Assembly (NCBI GenBank): GCA_012026655.1
Contig: JAAILG010002404.1
Coordinates: forward strand, 1-54,888
Origin: Hydrolagus affinis
Lineage: Eukaryota
Reading direction: 5' to 3'
Length of the DNA stretch: 54,888 bases
The position numbers and the translations under genes were made by a program. Below are positions 14,401 through 25,928 of the stretch, one piece after another (position 1 is the first letter of the stretch; each line of letters begins with the position of its first letter). Below the pieces are notes generated by a model. That model did no database searches. It was not told the DNA's origin and was given only the letters and a program-made list of their open reading frames with translations.

Positions 14401-14896
14401 CAATTGAAACCTGTCGAATGTCCAATCACGAGCTGTCTTTCTAAAATAGCTTGCCCTGAAGGAGTCACTTAGTAATTTACACTGCTGAAAATATCTTTTC
14501 ATTACAAATACATAAGGCTGATGCCATCATAAAAGCCCTATGCATCAGTTGTATGCATTCGTCAATGCCTCGGGACGTCCTCCCGACGTGAAAGACGCTC
14601 TAAAATGTGATTTTGTTGTTCTGTTGTTTGTGGACACCAGCAAATATATTGTAAATAACATCACACTTATAGCAATCCCTTGTTGTAGCTCAGATTTCCC
14701 AGTTCCAGATGCTAAGGAAATTATATATAGTTTTGTTTGCTAGATTTCTCCTCTTGTTTTGAAATACAAGCACTGGGCTATTTTGGAAACACAAATGCCC
14801 CATAGCACTATATTGAGCAGAACTAGTCAGTGCTATGGCTGTTTGGTTGGACAACTACAAAATCTATTTTAAAAAGACTTTAGAAATAAATTATAC

Positions 14897-15035
14897 CTTT
14901 AGTGTCAGTTTGCATGTCACGCGCAAGTTCCATGGGTAGTACGGAGTTGACCAATGTGGAGATGATGGCTGCGTCCAAACTGCACATTGCTCCAAAACAC
15001 TTGAGTAGCAATAACCGCAATGCAACTCGGTGTTC
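14897..15035 (-). CDS. NCKIPSD: NCKIPSD exon 8
   Basis: [46 protein letters not shown]; cccag| ... G|GTATAA; 139 nt, phase 0->1. Confidence 0.94.
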
Positions 15036-16087
15036 CTGGGCCAAACAAGTGGAAGTATAAGACACAGAACAAGGTTCACATTTATACTTATCATAATCAG
15101 TCCTTTGAAAGAGATACAGTCCACTCGATTAATGTAACATTATCCTTTTTTTTTATCATATTTCAGCAAACTAGTTTGCCCAGTTTTCTCCAGTAGGGCT
15201 GTTAGCAGCCTGACAATGAGTGTGAGAGCCCAAATTCCATCTTTACATTTGTAGAGCTGATGACGGAATTTGTAAAATAATGAAATAACACAATAAAATA
15301 CCAATAAAATTTCATAGACCTTCTTTATGGTGTACACAATTCTGTGCTTAAGGTTTTAACATAAAACCTTAAGCAGACCTCATTAATGAGTGAGGGTCAA
15401 ACTACCATTACTTTATTCTGTAATGTCCGTTGTTTTAGACTGCTTTAAATTCACTGTTGATTTAAGGTTGGAAAAATATATGTGTAAATGATATTACAGA
15501 CTTTTGAGAAGGGAGCAGCAAGGTGGATTGGACGGCAGATATGAAGGGGTTATAGTTGCTTTGAATGAAAATATCTATATTTCAGCCATAAATACGTGAC
15601 TCTTCCAACAAAAAATAGTTCTGGGGTGCAGTGAGATACAGAATCTCTTCTCAGATATCTACCTGTTGAACCAGCAGACCTTTGACCTCCCTCACTCTCT
15701 CTCTCTCCTCCCTTGCTCAGGATCCAACCCACTCTGTATAGTGCTCCAACAGTGTGGACGACAAGTTGTTATTCCTCTCAATCTGTGCCCCAGCCTTGTG
15801 TTGCTTCTACTCCTTACGTTTTTGACCTTGTAAAACTCCCTATGTATGCCGTCAAAGAGCCTCAGAAATGTTCACAACAAAGCAGCCAGTGCTGAAACAC
15901 TTGAAATAAATCAATTTTCAAGCCATCAATACAATATTGCACTGTGTGCAAGTGCTGTTGGGCAATTAGCAACTCATTACTGTCTCCCATATACCCTTCA
16001 ACTATCCATAAACATCAACAAGACAACCACTTTCACAGAACACAGAAATTCTCAAAACAGGGTCATATAGATGCCATGTCCATTTCA

Positions 16088-16337
16088 ATAATAATAATCC
16101 TTGTATTGGAAATAGCACTTTTCACATCTTCTAGATGCCTCAAAAGCGCTTCACAGAATATACTGTAAAGTGAATTGATTGTATATATGTGGGTGGAAAT
16201 TATTATATATATTATAAAATATATTAGACCCATCATTTACTCTGAACCCTCAACACAAATATACAGTCAATCCATTTCACTCAATATATTCTGTAAAGCA
16301 TTGTAAGGTGCTATATCAAACACAAGGATTATTATTC
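16088..16337. mobile_element. Two SINE 3' fragments in opposite orientation
   Basis: Minus-strand tail at 16088-16195 and plus-strand tail at ~16250-16337. Confidence 0.75.
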
Positions 16338-16827
16338 AACACCAACAACTTGCATGTGTATAGATTCCCTCAAGAAGGGCATTTTCACAGAATGTCCTCA
16401 GAATTTACTTGCTCTTCCAAATTGAAATACTATCCAACATAAAAATATCAAGCATCTTTAAAGAAATAATCATTTTCGCTAAATTTATGCTGGGGTGCGG
16501 GTTTTTTACACAAAGAGAGAATCCATCCTTCAGCACCCAGTATCCCAGATAATACAGAATAAAATCAACACATATTGTTCAAAAAAAATCAAAAGCAAGA
16601 GTCATGGAACAAAATGGTCCACAAAATAAGTTGTTAAGTGAATGAGTTACTTACTACACCATTCCTAGCCTGAACATTGCTATGATAACATCACAGATAG
16701 AAAAGATCACTTTGCGATTCCATTCCCAGATATAACCTTACAACAACCTACATTTATTGGACACCTTTCATGTAGGAAATCATCTAAATGCAATTCACAG
16801 AAGTAATCAAACTAGACAATCAACATG

Positions 16828-17047
16828 AAAAACAGAAATGGCTGAGAACACTCAGCAGGACAGGCAGCATCTGTGGAGAAAGGAAAGTGAGTCAACATTT
16901 GGGGTCCACGACCCTTCGTCAAAACTGGGGCATGTTGGGAGGGAGAGGCTTTTAAAGACTAACAGAGAGAGGGAAGGCAGGGCAAGGAAGTGATTCCCAG
17001 AGTTTTCTGTTTTTGTTTCAGATTTCCAGCATCTCCAGTATTTTGCA
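16828..17047. mobile_element. Penelope-like short repeat with inverted ends and a decayed hammerhead-like motif
   Basis: AAAACAGAAA...CTCAGCAGGACAGGCAGCATCTGTGGAGA...GGGTCCACGACCCTTCGTCA and an inverted end TTTTCTGTTTTTGTTTCAGATTTCCAGCATC. Family assignment is from recall. Confidence 0.55.
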
Positions 17048-17059
17048 TTACTTAAACGA

Positions 17060-17280
17060 GACCTAGCAGGGTTGAAGATGGGGGGAATTGGGATGGAAGG
17101 GAAGAGGTGCGTTGAAAGAGGTAGGGTTTTAAAAGGCTCTTGAAAAAAAGAAAGCAGGTGTGAGATGGAACGATTTTAAGTTCCAAAGGAGCAAAGATGC
17201 TGAAGACCCTTGGTGGGGGAGGAGGGCCAGGACACAGGAAGGAGGCTAATTTTAGCAGAGCAGAGGAAGTGAGTGGAGTC
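17060..17280 (-). mobile_element. L2 LINE 3' fragment
   Basis: RVFSIFAPLEL...FKSLLKPYLFQR. Confidence 0.65.
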
Positions 17281-18526
17281 ATTAGGTGTAGCCTAGACCA
17301 GATCTATGCATGCAGACTAGTTTTGAGGATATGTTGTACTCTAATCTTTTTTTAAAGAAAAAAATTCATAAAGATTTGGGTGTTTTGGGCTACCATAAAT
17401 ACACTTTACCGTTTTAAACCTTGAAGCTCAGTATTGTGATCTTACAGAACACGTGTTGTTTGCACGAGGATATTTTTGAGCTGGTCTAAATTTGCAGCAA
17501 AATATATATTTCAAAATAGGCTCACGACTTAAACCATTTATATGATGACCTGATCATGTTTCATGCAGCGGTGGCTGCTCTTGGTATATTTACCCCAGTA
17601 CTGACTAACTCCCCCTTTATTTTACAGAGAACTCTTTCAAGTAGCTTATTCAATAACGTCAGCCAAAACGTTTCACGCCCAGATAAAAATTTAATTTATT
17701 ACCACCAAATATAATTCTCAAGATATACGATTAAATAAAATCAGTAAGAGAGCATATGGATTTAAATTACTGCAAGTAATAATATCGCAATTTAATCACT
17801 CAAAGTGCTCAGAAAATATCAAACAAAGAGAGCAAAGCTCAATGATTTGAGCTCATAACTTGGAGTTAATCAAATGTAATTTTGTTGTGGTTCAGAAGTT
17901 AGCGAGTTACTACAGTTTTCCTCAACTGTGCAGTCAAACTAAGACCAAATAAGTCTGCTCTATAGGGCAAATGCAAACGTCATTTGAGACTGGGATTTAA
18001 AATCAAGTCACTTAACTATTAATAGCTAGCAAGCACTGTAACAATTTTTTTATAGCAAAATTAGATTGGATAGTCCTATATGCCTTTGTGAGACTAGATA
18101 GCGCCTAAAATAAAGATTAATTTCAAAACCAACTCAATTTTGAAATGAAACTGATGGCAGTTACGCTGATCATGCAAATCCTGGTGCAGTCTACATACTG
18201 AACCTTCTGACCTTCTGATGCAAAGAGAGTATAGATACAGGAATGGTGGACGGGCAAAGAAAAAGAGTCATTTATATTCAGTTTACTAAAAGCTTTTCTT
18301 CAAGTCTTGCCTGTATTTTACTGATTTCAAATCAGATCCACATTATTTGGTTTCATCTTTTGGGTTAATGGAAAATCCAAAAGATGACAATACATTAAGG
18401 AAATATTTCTTTCTTCTAAAATAATATATAGCTGTACGTATTCTTAGATGCCTCAAATGTTATACTGTACATTGTTTTTTAACGGAGCTACCAAAACATC
18501 TGAGACTGTTTCTTGTATATGATTAT

Positions 18527-18850
18527 GGAGTCCTGTAGCTCAGTAGTTGGAGCACTTGCTTTACAAGTGTGAGACCTGTGTTCGAATGCAGGCAGGTCAG
18601 GGCAAAACCTTGGGCAAGTTTCATTACTCCACATGCCTAATCATAATCTGTCAAAAAAAAAACTATAATAAAATTTGGTCATTTCAATCCATGACTGTTT
18701 GTGGGACACTACTGTACGCAATTGCCTGCCGCATTTCGCCCCTCAAATACTGTATACAGTCAATTCACTTTACAGTACATTCTGTGAAGCGCTTGAGACA
18801 TCTAGAAGATGTGAAAAGCGTATGTCAAATGCAAGGATTATTATTATTAT
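18527..18850 (+). mobile_element. tRNA-derived SINE, full length
   Basis: A/B boxes, body and (TTA)n tail. Confidence 0.9.
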
Positions 18851-19622
18851 ATCTTGCTGAAATACATCGATTGACTAACAAGAAGTTGCCATTGTCAGAA
18901 TTCAAGCTATTCATAACTGATGACTATCATTTATTTCCTGGTCAGAACCAATTCCTTTCTGAAAGATTGATGAAGCACAATCATGAGCAGTATTTTAAGT
19001 ATGTTACATGATCATGTTACATAACAGTTTTATTATTTTTAGATTAAGAGCTGGGCTGGCCTTGACAAAAATGTTCCATGTACTGAAAAGGATAACTTCC
19101 ATCCACTCCTTGACAAGTACAGTAGTTAGGGTGCGTGCAATTACCAGCAAAATAATTATTGCTGATTTGAAGCCCAGATCGAAATGCACACTAAAGGCAT
19201 TGGGATTGCTCTGAGATTTCATACACCATCAGCTCTTTGACCAGCTCTTAGTAGCTGAGATTTTGATGGAAAGTCTGTAAACAGGATTTCAGTTATCCTC
19301 TCTGCCAGGGAATGGTTGGTGGGGGGGAACACTGGAGTAAAATAAAATTTCAGCTGCACTGCTCGGGAAGACAGACTATAGGTCTAACACTTCCTGCCAC
19401 AAAGACAACAACAACAACAAAATTATATCTGTAACAGAACTCTTCCAAGAGCAGAGGAGTACAGTATGTCATCTGAGTGTCTTGTGCAAGATTAGAAAAT
19501 CTTGGGAGAGGAGAACAATGGGAAATAAATGCAAAAACGCAAGCCTTAGGAAATGAAAAGTACAATTCTCATCAGTCACTTGGGCATTAATTAGCTTCAC
19601 CCCATTGCAGTTGTATACTTAC

Positions 19623-19709
19623 CATCTGATAGTAAGCAACAAGAGAAAGAACTGGTTCAAAGTGATTTTTCTTGGCCATTTTCTTACAAACCTCTGGATC
19701 TGCATCAGT
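19623..19709 (-). CDS. NCKIPSD: NCKIPSD exon 7
   Basis: [29 protein letters not shown]; ttaccag| ... ATG|GTAAGT; 87 nt. Confidence 0.94.
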
Positions 19710-20350
19710 CTGGTAAAATGGGAAACAAATGCAAAATATGCTAAAATATGTAAGACATTTGAAAATAATGCTGTAATCCTTGATATAATACCTTAGAGCA
19801 TTGTTGGAACATCTCAAAGCACCTTAAATGTACCACAAACCACCATGAAGTAGATGGCCAATTATATCAATTGTATAGAAAAAATTATCTTCTCCTCTCA
19901 AACAATGCCATGGGAACTTTATCATCTCCATAAACAGGCAGACAGGACTTCAGTTGAACATCTCAGGTCAAACGAATGTTAATTTGCATAATGTTTCCTT
20001 TGAAAATACTGAGAGTGAGTATAGCATTGAACCACAGAAATTTATAGCACAGAAGATCATTCTGCCAATTTGTCTGTCATGGCTCTTTGAAAGAGCAATC
20101 ATTCAGTCCCCATCTAACGCCTTTTCCGTTACATCATTTTAGTTCTCAATCTGATTCCCTCTTGAAAGTCAATATGGAATCTGCCTCAACCAGTGCACCT
20201 GTTGCTAATTATTTTAAATTGATGCTTCTAATTTGTGGAGGATGACGAGAAGGTTTTCCAGCAGTTATTAAATACACCTATGTCAAACAGCAGTACACTT
20301 TGCAGCAACTTAACTTCTTATTCTTGAGACTGTCATTAATCCTTACTCAC

Positions 20351-20521
20351 CAGAATAGCCAGCAATTCTTCCAGATAACAGGAAATTACACTCTCATCCT
20401 CATGCAATGCCCAACTCCTTTGTTGCGCATCATTTTTGTGTCTTGCCAAATCAGCAAAGATCACATCAAGACGCTGCTCATCCTGACATACCTGTCCCTT
20501 TGGTAATGCTGAACTGAGTTC
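20351..20521 (-). CDS. NCKIPSD: NCKIPSD exon 6
   Basis: Manual translation: [57 protein letters not shown]; ctcttag| ... CTG|GTGAGT; 171 nt. This frame is not in the ORF track. Confidence 0.94.
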
Positions 20522-20764
20522 CTAAGAGAAAACATTGAAACTGTGTTAATTTTACAAGTTAAACATTGATTGATCGGTAACTTCTCACAATTAATCAATG
20601 AATCGTGCATCAATGATCTTATTTTTTGTTGAAGTGCTAATGGGCTTCTGGAAGGATGTCTTAATCAGGAAATATCCTTGCAACACCTTTCTAAGTCTGG
20701 TACTAAGTGTAAAGTACTTTTAGCTTTCAGTATTCAATCCTTTAAAAATCAAAAGTTTCAATTA

Positions 20765-20970
20765 CAGTAAAAGCCTGTTTATCCGGCACCCTTGGGACCT
20801 GGCCAATGCCGGTTAAAACGCGTGCCACATATTTGGCCGAAAACACACCAAAAAATTTTTAATGCATTTTTCTGGATAAATTCCGGTTAATCGAATGCAA
20901 ACCTTGTTTTGCGATGACGGTTATACGTAAGTTACGGTTGATCGGGCCCCGGATAAACGGGCTTTTACTG
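20765..20970. mobile_element. Tc1/mariner (Tigger/pogo-like) MITE, 206 bp
   Basis: TIRs CAGTAAAAGCCTGTTTATCCGG / CCGGATAAACGGGCTTTTACTG (1 mismatch in 22), flanked by TA on both sides. Confidence 0.92.
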
Positions 20971-20972
20971 TA

Positions 20973-21280
20973 TTTATTTAGGGACTCTGCCATATCTTTA
21001 GCCTCCATTATAATTCCTCCTGTCTCTGCCTGGAATGGACCCACATTTACTTTTGCTAGCCTATTCCTCTCAATGTATTTATAAAAACTCTTACAATCTG
21101 ATTTAAGGTTCCTAGCTAGCTAGCCTTCATGATCCATTTTCTCACTCTTAATGAGCTTTTTGGTTTTTCTTTGTTGGTCCCTAAAACATTCCCAGTCCTC
21201 AGGTTTGCTGCTCTTTTTGGTAGTTTTGTGGGTCTTTTCTTTTAGTTTTATACTTTCCCTAACTGCTCTAGTTAGCCACA
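20973..21280 (-). mobile_element. CR1 LINE ORF2 fragment
   Basis: VGPFQAETGGIIMEAKDMAESLNKY resembles the CR1 linker (KAEVLNxFF); it ends at the MITE. Confidence 0.75.
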
Positions 21281-21394
21281 GTTGAACTCAAACTTTCACA
21301 CTTTGGGTTTGACTACACTATATGGACTTCATGCAGGATGTCTGACATCCGAACACACATGAGCCAATCTGTGCATCACACTGTAAGTCAAGAC

Positions 21395-21729
21395 TCCTGT
21401 GGCTCAGTGGTTAGAGCACTTGTCTTGCAAGCTGGGGAGACCAAGCTGGGGAGACCTGTGTTCGAATCCAGGCAGGTCAGGGTGAAACCTTGGGCAAGTT
21501 TCCTTACTCCACACACCTAATAATAATCCCTCCAAAAAAAACACAATAATAAAATTGGTCATTTCAATCCACAGCTGTTTGTGGGACACTGCTGTGCGCA
21601 ATTGGCTGCCGCGATTCACCCACAAATATATACAGTCAAATTCACTTTACAGTATATTCTGTGAAGCGCTTTGGGACGTTGATAAGATGTGGAAAGCACT
21701 ATATCAAATGCAAGGATTATTATTATTAT
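21395..21729 (+). mobile_element. tRNA-derived SINE with apparent 5-bp TSD (AAGAC)
   Basis: AAGAC at 21390-21394 and 21730-21734; it interrupts a repeat whose uninterrupted copy lies at ~22276-22412. Confidence 0.9.
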
Positions 21730-22414
21730 AAGACAGGAATTGTTAGGAACAGAGGCTGAGGTTTGATGGGGACAAGATGGGGGAGATGTTGACTTGGTTC
21801 AAGATTGATACTTGGTTGAGTTTGTTCAGGACTGAGAGTTGGTTCCTGTCAGGGCTGGTTTGAAGCAGGTCACAAAGTCAGTTTGCTAGTGAGAAAGTAC
21901 AATTTGTTGTATTTATGGATGATTTTTCTCACTCCATTTAATCATTTGCAGGTTTGAAGAGGAGGCTCCTTTCTGTCGGTTCTTGCTTAGCTGGGATCTC
22001 CTCAGTTATTCAGAAGTTGCCCTGGAGCCTGTCCATGCCTGCGACCTTGATAACCTCTGGGCTTCACCTAAGCCATCAACCGAAGGTAAGTCTGTGCTGG
22101 TTGGAACAGTACATTGACGACTGAAACTCGGGCCATTTTTCTTTCGCTGTGTTTCTAGCACCTCGGGATTCGTGGAACATAAGGTGAGTGTAATAATGGA
22201 AACCTTACGGTGACAACTAAAGCTATTACACCTTTTTTCTCTCTTTGCATTTTTCTACACTCCAGACGTTTGGCAACACTATGCGGACTCTAAATAGTGG
22301 ATGTCTGACATCCGAACATATGAGCCAATCTCTGGATCACATTGTAGGTCAAGATGGGAAGGTGTTAGGAACACAGGCTGAGATTTGAAGGGAACAGGAC
22401 GAGGGAGATGTTGG

Positions 22415-22684
22415 TCGGTCGACTGATTGTCAGTCAGTCGGCCCCACCCCCTGGCCAGCTAGTGGAGTCAGTCGGCTCCATCCCCTGACTGCGGGCCTCT
22501 CAACCCGGTGGCCAGCCGGTGGAGTCAGTCGGCGGATATTCAGACGAAAACACCAAAAAAAATTAAAAATTTAACGCATTTTTCCGGATAAATTCCGGTT
22601 CATCGAATGCGGGCCTTTTTTTTTGCGATGTCGGTTATACGAAAGTTACGGTTGATCGGGTGCCGGATAAACAAGGTTTTACTG
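22415..22684. mobile_element. Truncated longer copy of the same MITE family (right TIR only)
   Basis: 22545-22684 aligns with 20840-20970 and ends ...GGATAAACAAGGTTTTACTG|TA, 55 nt from the NCKIPSD exon 5 donor. Confidence 0.8.
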
Positions 22685-22739
22685 TATATGTTAAAACAAT
22701 TGTCTTCAAGAAAATGAGTCAGAACATTTGCTTTCTTAC

Positions 22740-23344
22740 CTTGCTTTCCACCAGAGAAACTAGAATCTGTTCCATGATCCCAGCTGTGGTGGGGACTGAA
22801 CTCTGAATGTGCCCTACCATAACACCAATTGCTACTCTTGAAAGTTCATAGCTGAGATTTGTATTCCTGCGGACTAGCTCAATCAGTTCGGCACCGATCG
22901 TTTTAGGCACCGATACCACAGATTTGCTGGACTTCACAGCAGAGCTTGGAGATGTAGACACTGAAGAAGACTGTTTGTCCTGATTTTTACCATGGAGGTT
23001 TTCAGCATCCAAGTCCAGGAGGAGTGGTGATGGCAACTGGCTCTTAGGATTGAGTGAAAATTCATTTGCGTTAGACAAGGGTGCCGGGCTTATGTTAGAA
23101 TGGGTGGGTATGCTGGTTGGATGCTTTGAGGAAGTGAATGTGCTTCGAGTTGGAAGAGGTGGAGGGGTTCCTGAAGGGCTGGGGGTGGCTGTGGACTGAT
23201 GGAGCTCGGAAGAGTTTGAGGATACAGTGTATGCAGTGTCAAGAGAAGCTGTACTCACATAGGAAACAGCTGACACAGTCCTTGGAGGGATTTCTGTGGA
23301 AAATGATTGAAGGATTGCATTAGGCAAAACATTTGGTTGCATAT
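22740..23344 (-). CDS. NCKIPSD: NCKIPSD exon 5 (Ser/Pro-rich linker, then conserved segment)
   Basis: Ends [36 protein letters not shown]...LVESK; acceptor ttgatag|, donor AAG|GTAAGA; 605 nt, phase 1->0. Confidence 0.9.
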
Positions 23345-24255
23345 CTATCAAGTAAAATAACTCAGGCCCTATTTATTACAAATAGCACGCCGAGTGAAAT
23401 TATCAATACAACATAATATTGTTTCAAATCAAAGGCAATGAAAACCGTAGGAAAAAAAACATTAAATTAAGTCAGCGTTTTAGTCCATGAACCCAGACAA
23501 AAGCTCAGCTATCGATATACGTGCAGTGTTGGCTCTGTTACAATCCTGTTCTTTACAGCTCAAATTCAGTCAGCATGCAGGGAGGCAAACACAGGCATTT
23601 GACTGTGCATATGAACAATGCAATCATCTCACAATAGTGTAGGTTTGGATTTTACAGATCCAAACGTGGTATTATAATGAGGCTCCACTGTAGATTTGAT
23701 TTGGCCGGGTATCTAACAGGGCGGGAAGACTTTTCTGTCTAAGTCTTGGGTATCCAAGCCAGACTGAGCAGTTTACGTATGTATCCCACTTACACATTGA
23801 AATTTCCCTGCAGTTTGAATGGAATCCACACTCTGTACCTGGAGGCTGCACACTGCTTTACCAAATTCCAGAGAGCATTTGGTACAGATTGACTCGAGGT
23901 TTAGGGATCCAAGAACATTAGGGTGCTGCTTGAGTTTGATGAGTAAAAGTGCATAGCTTGCCTTTCAGAGCACTACTCCTAACATCAATCCCCTCTTCCA
24001 CAGTCCTGATTAAACTACTCTGCTAGTGAGAGGAGAAAGCAAAATTCATATCATCACAACTCACCAAAGAATCGAAATTGAGAGAAATTGGTGCAAATTA
24101 GATTAAGATCAGTACTAGATTTTAACCTGTGAAAACTGACAGGATGAGCATCTCCTCGATTATGGGTCCTCGGTGATATCATTCATGAAGGTCCGACACA
24201 TTGTCAATTACAGTAATTAGCATCCCTTGGCAATTCAAAAGAAATTGGCACTCAC

Positions 24256-24361
24256 TATCAACATCCTCTTTTGGTTTCAGTAATGATCCAGGGAGCAATT
24301 CCTTATGTTTTTCAGGTTCTGGAGGAGCGACAGGAGCAGCACGTCGAGGTTGAGGTGGCAC
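24256..24361 (-). CDS. NCKIPSD: NCKIPSD exon 4 (Pro-rich)
   Basis: VPPQPRRAAPVAPPEPEK...EDVD; acceptor ttgcag|, donor A|GTGAGT; 106 nt, phase 0->1. Confidence 0.9.
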
Positions 24362-24456
24362 CTGCAACATCAAGTGAATATACAATGCATTATTCTATCG
24401 TTAGTTGAGTGGGCAGATTGATCGCTTTCAAATAATCCCTCCCCTCAAAAAAGGTC

Positions 24457-24952
24457 ACTCAATCCACGACTGTTTGTGGGACACAGCTGTGTCTGCTGTG
24501 TTTCACCCACAAAATGAACAGTATATACGGTGAAGCGCTTTCAGATTTCTTGATGACGTGATAAAGTGTTACATCAAATGCAAGGATTCTTATTATTATT
24601 CTTATTATAATTTTCCCACAAATATACAGTATCTTCTGTGAAATGCTTTGNNNNNNNNNNNNNNNNNNNNNNNNNNNNNNNNNNNNNNNNNNNNNNNNNN
24701 NNNNNNNNNNNNNNNNNNNNNNNNNNNNNNNNNNNNNNNNNNNNNNNNNNCCAATTGCGCACAGCAGTGTCCCACACACAGTCGTGGATTGAAATGACCA
24801 ATTTTATTATTGTGTTTTTTTTTGGAGGGATTATTATTAGGCATGTGGAGTAAGGAAACTTGCCCAAGGTTTCGCCCTGACCTGCCTGGATTCGAACACA
24901 GGTCTCCCCAGCTTGCAAGACAAGTGCTCTAACCACTGAGCCACAGGAGCTC
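24457..24952. mobile_element. SINE fragments flanking the assembly gap (plus-strand tails on the left, minus-strand head on the right)
   Basis: Same family; the minus-strand copy 24751-24952 has intact A/B boxes. Confidence 0.85.
24651..24750. other. Assembly gap (100 N)
   Basis: Run of 100 N inside NCKIPSD intron 3. Confidence 1.
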
Positions 24953-25310
24953 CACGAAGATGTGTAGAAGATGTGAAAAGCATGATTTCAAATGCAGGGA
25001 TTATTATTATTTCTTCCTTCTTTTTACCCTTTACAGACAGCGCATGTATGACTATTTTTAAAAAGGTCTGAAAATCGAGCTATTACAACCTGTACCAGTT
25101 TGAAATTACGGTATTCTAATAATTATAGAACTAACAAATTTAATATAACCTGACGTTAAAGTGACATTCACCCTGGGACTACTTTCATCTCAAATTGAAG
25201 TAACGAGCAGTTATTTATACCAAAGTTCAAAAATAATTACACTACTTGTATATTATTGAAAGGAGATTTAGAACATTGGATTTTTCCTGCACACCTTTCA
25301 TCTCTGGTAC

Positions 25311-25500
25311 CTGATATACATTGTCTGTAGGGGTTGCATTTACCGGACTCGAGTTTTGGTCGTATGGAATCTTGCTCAGTCCGTTTGGTTTGCGATCACT
25401 TTCCTGCTGATGATCAGTCGAGGGAGTCAAGATCACCTTCTGGTGGCTTACGGTTGAATCTTTTCGGGCAACTGTGTCCTTTCGATGATGGATGAGTTTC
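25311..25500 (-). CDS. NCKIPSD: NCKIPSD exon 3
   Basis: KLIHHRKDTVARK...DNVYQ; acceptor ctaacaag|, donor CAG|GTACCA; 190 nt, phase 2->0. Confidence 0.88.
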
Positions 25501-25619
25501 CTTGTTAGAAGAAAGTGTGGAGAAGGCAAATGTGATTGTCAAGACAAATACGTACTTGGCAACAAATGTATTTTAAAAAAATAAATCGGTCACTTCAATA
25601 CGTGACCTTTTGTGGCGAT

Positions 25620-25752
25620 GATGCTATGCACAATTGTCCCCGCATTTCACCAACAAATATACAGTCAACTCACTTTACAGTATATTTTGTGAAGCGCTTT
25701 GAGATATCTAGAAGAAATGAAAAGCGCTATATCAAATGCAAGGATTATTATA
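25620..25752 (+). mobile_element. SINE 3' half
   Basis: GTGAAGCGCTTTGAGATATCTAGAAG...GCTATATCAAATGCAAGGATTATTA. Confidence 0.85.
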
Positions 25753-25815
25753 ACTATTTCAAGTGTATTTTGTTCATTTAAATGTAGAGAATATTTATAA
25801 TTATTCGTGACTTAC

Positions 25816-25928
25816 TGTAGAACCTCTCGCTGTTCTAGATTGTATTTGCCGCCATTTTCCATTGCTGCATTGTGAATGGCTTCAATAGCTCGGTCTATTG
25901 ATTGAAGAACCAGGTCTTGCTGATTTGA
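25816..25928 (-). CDS. NCKIPSD: NCKIPSD exon 2
   Basis: SNQQDLVLQSIDRAIEAIHNAAMENGGKYNLEQREVLQ; acceptor tttgtaaag|, donor CA|GTAAGT; 113 nt, phase 0->2. Confidence 0.93.

Noticed and set aside
18547-19011. 154-aa ORF, and similar ORFs at 5208-5585 and 24574-24936
   Set aside because: Chance read-through of SINE sequence, or ORFs spanning the N gap.
20765-20970. MITEs as non-autonomous partners of the nested transposase
   Set aside because: TA target duplications and CAGT-type TIRs indicate Tc1/mariner-pogo; hAT elements make 8-bp TSDs.
22415-22535. Short repeated GGAGTCAGTCGG units, superficially array-like
   Set aside because: Only 2-3 irregular copies inside a transposon fragment in a eukaryote; not a CRISPR array.
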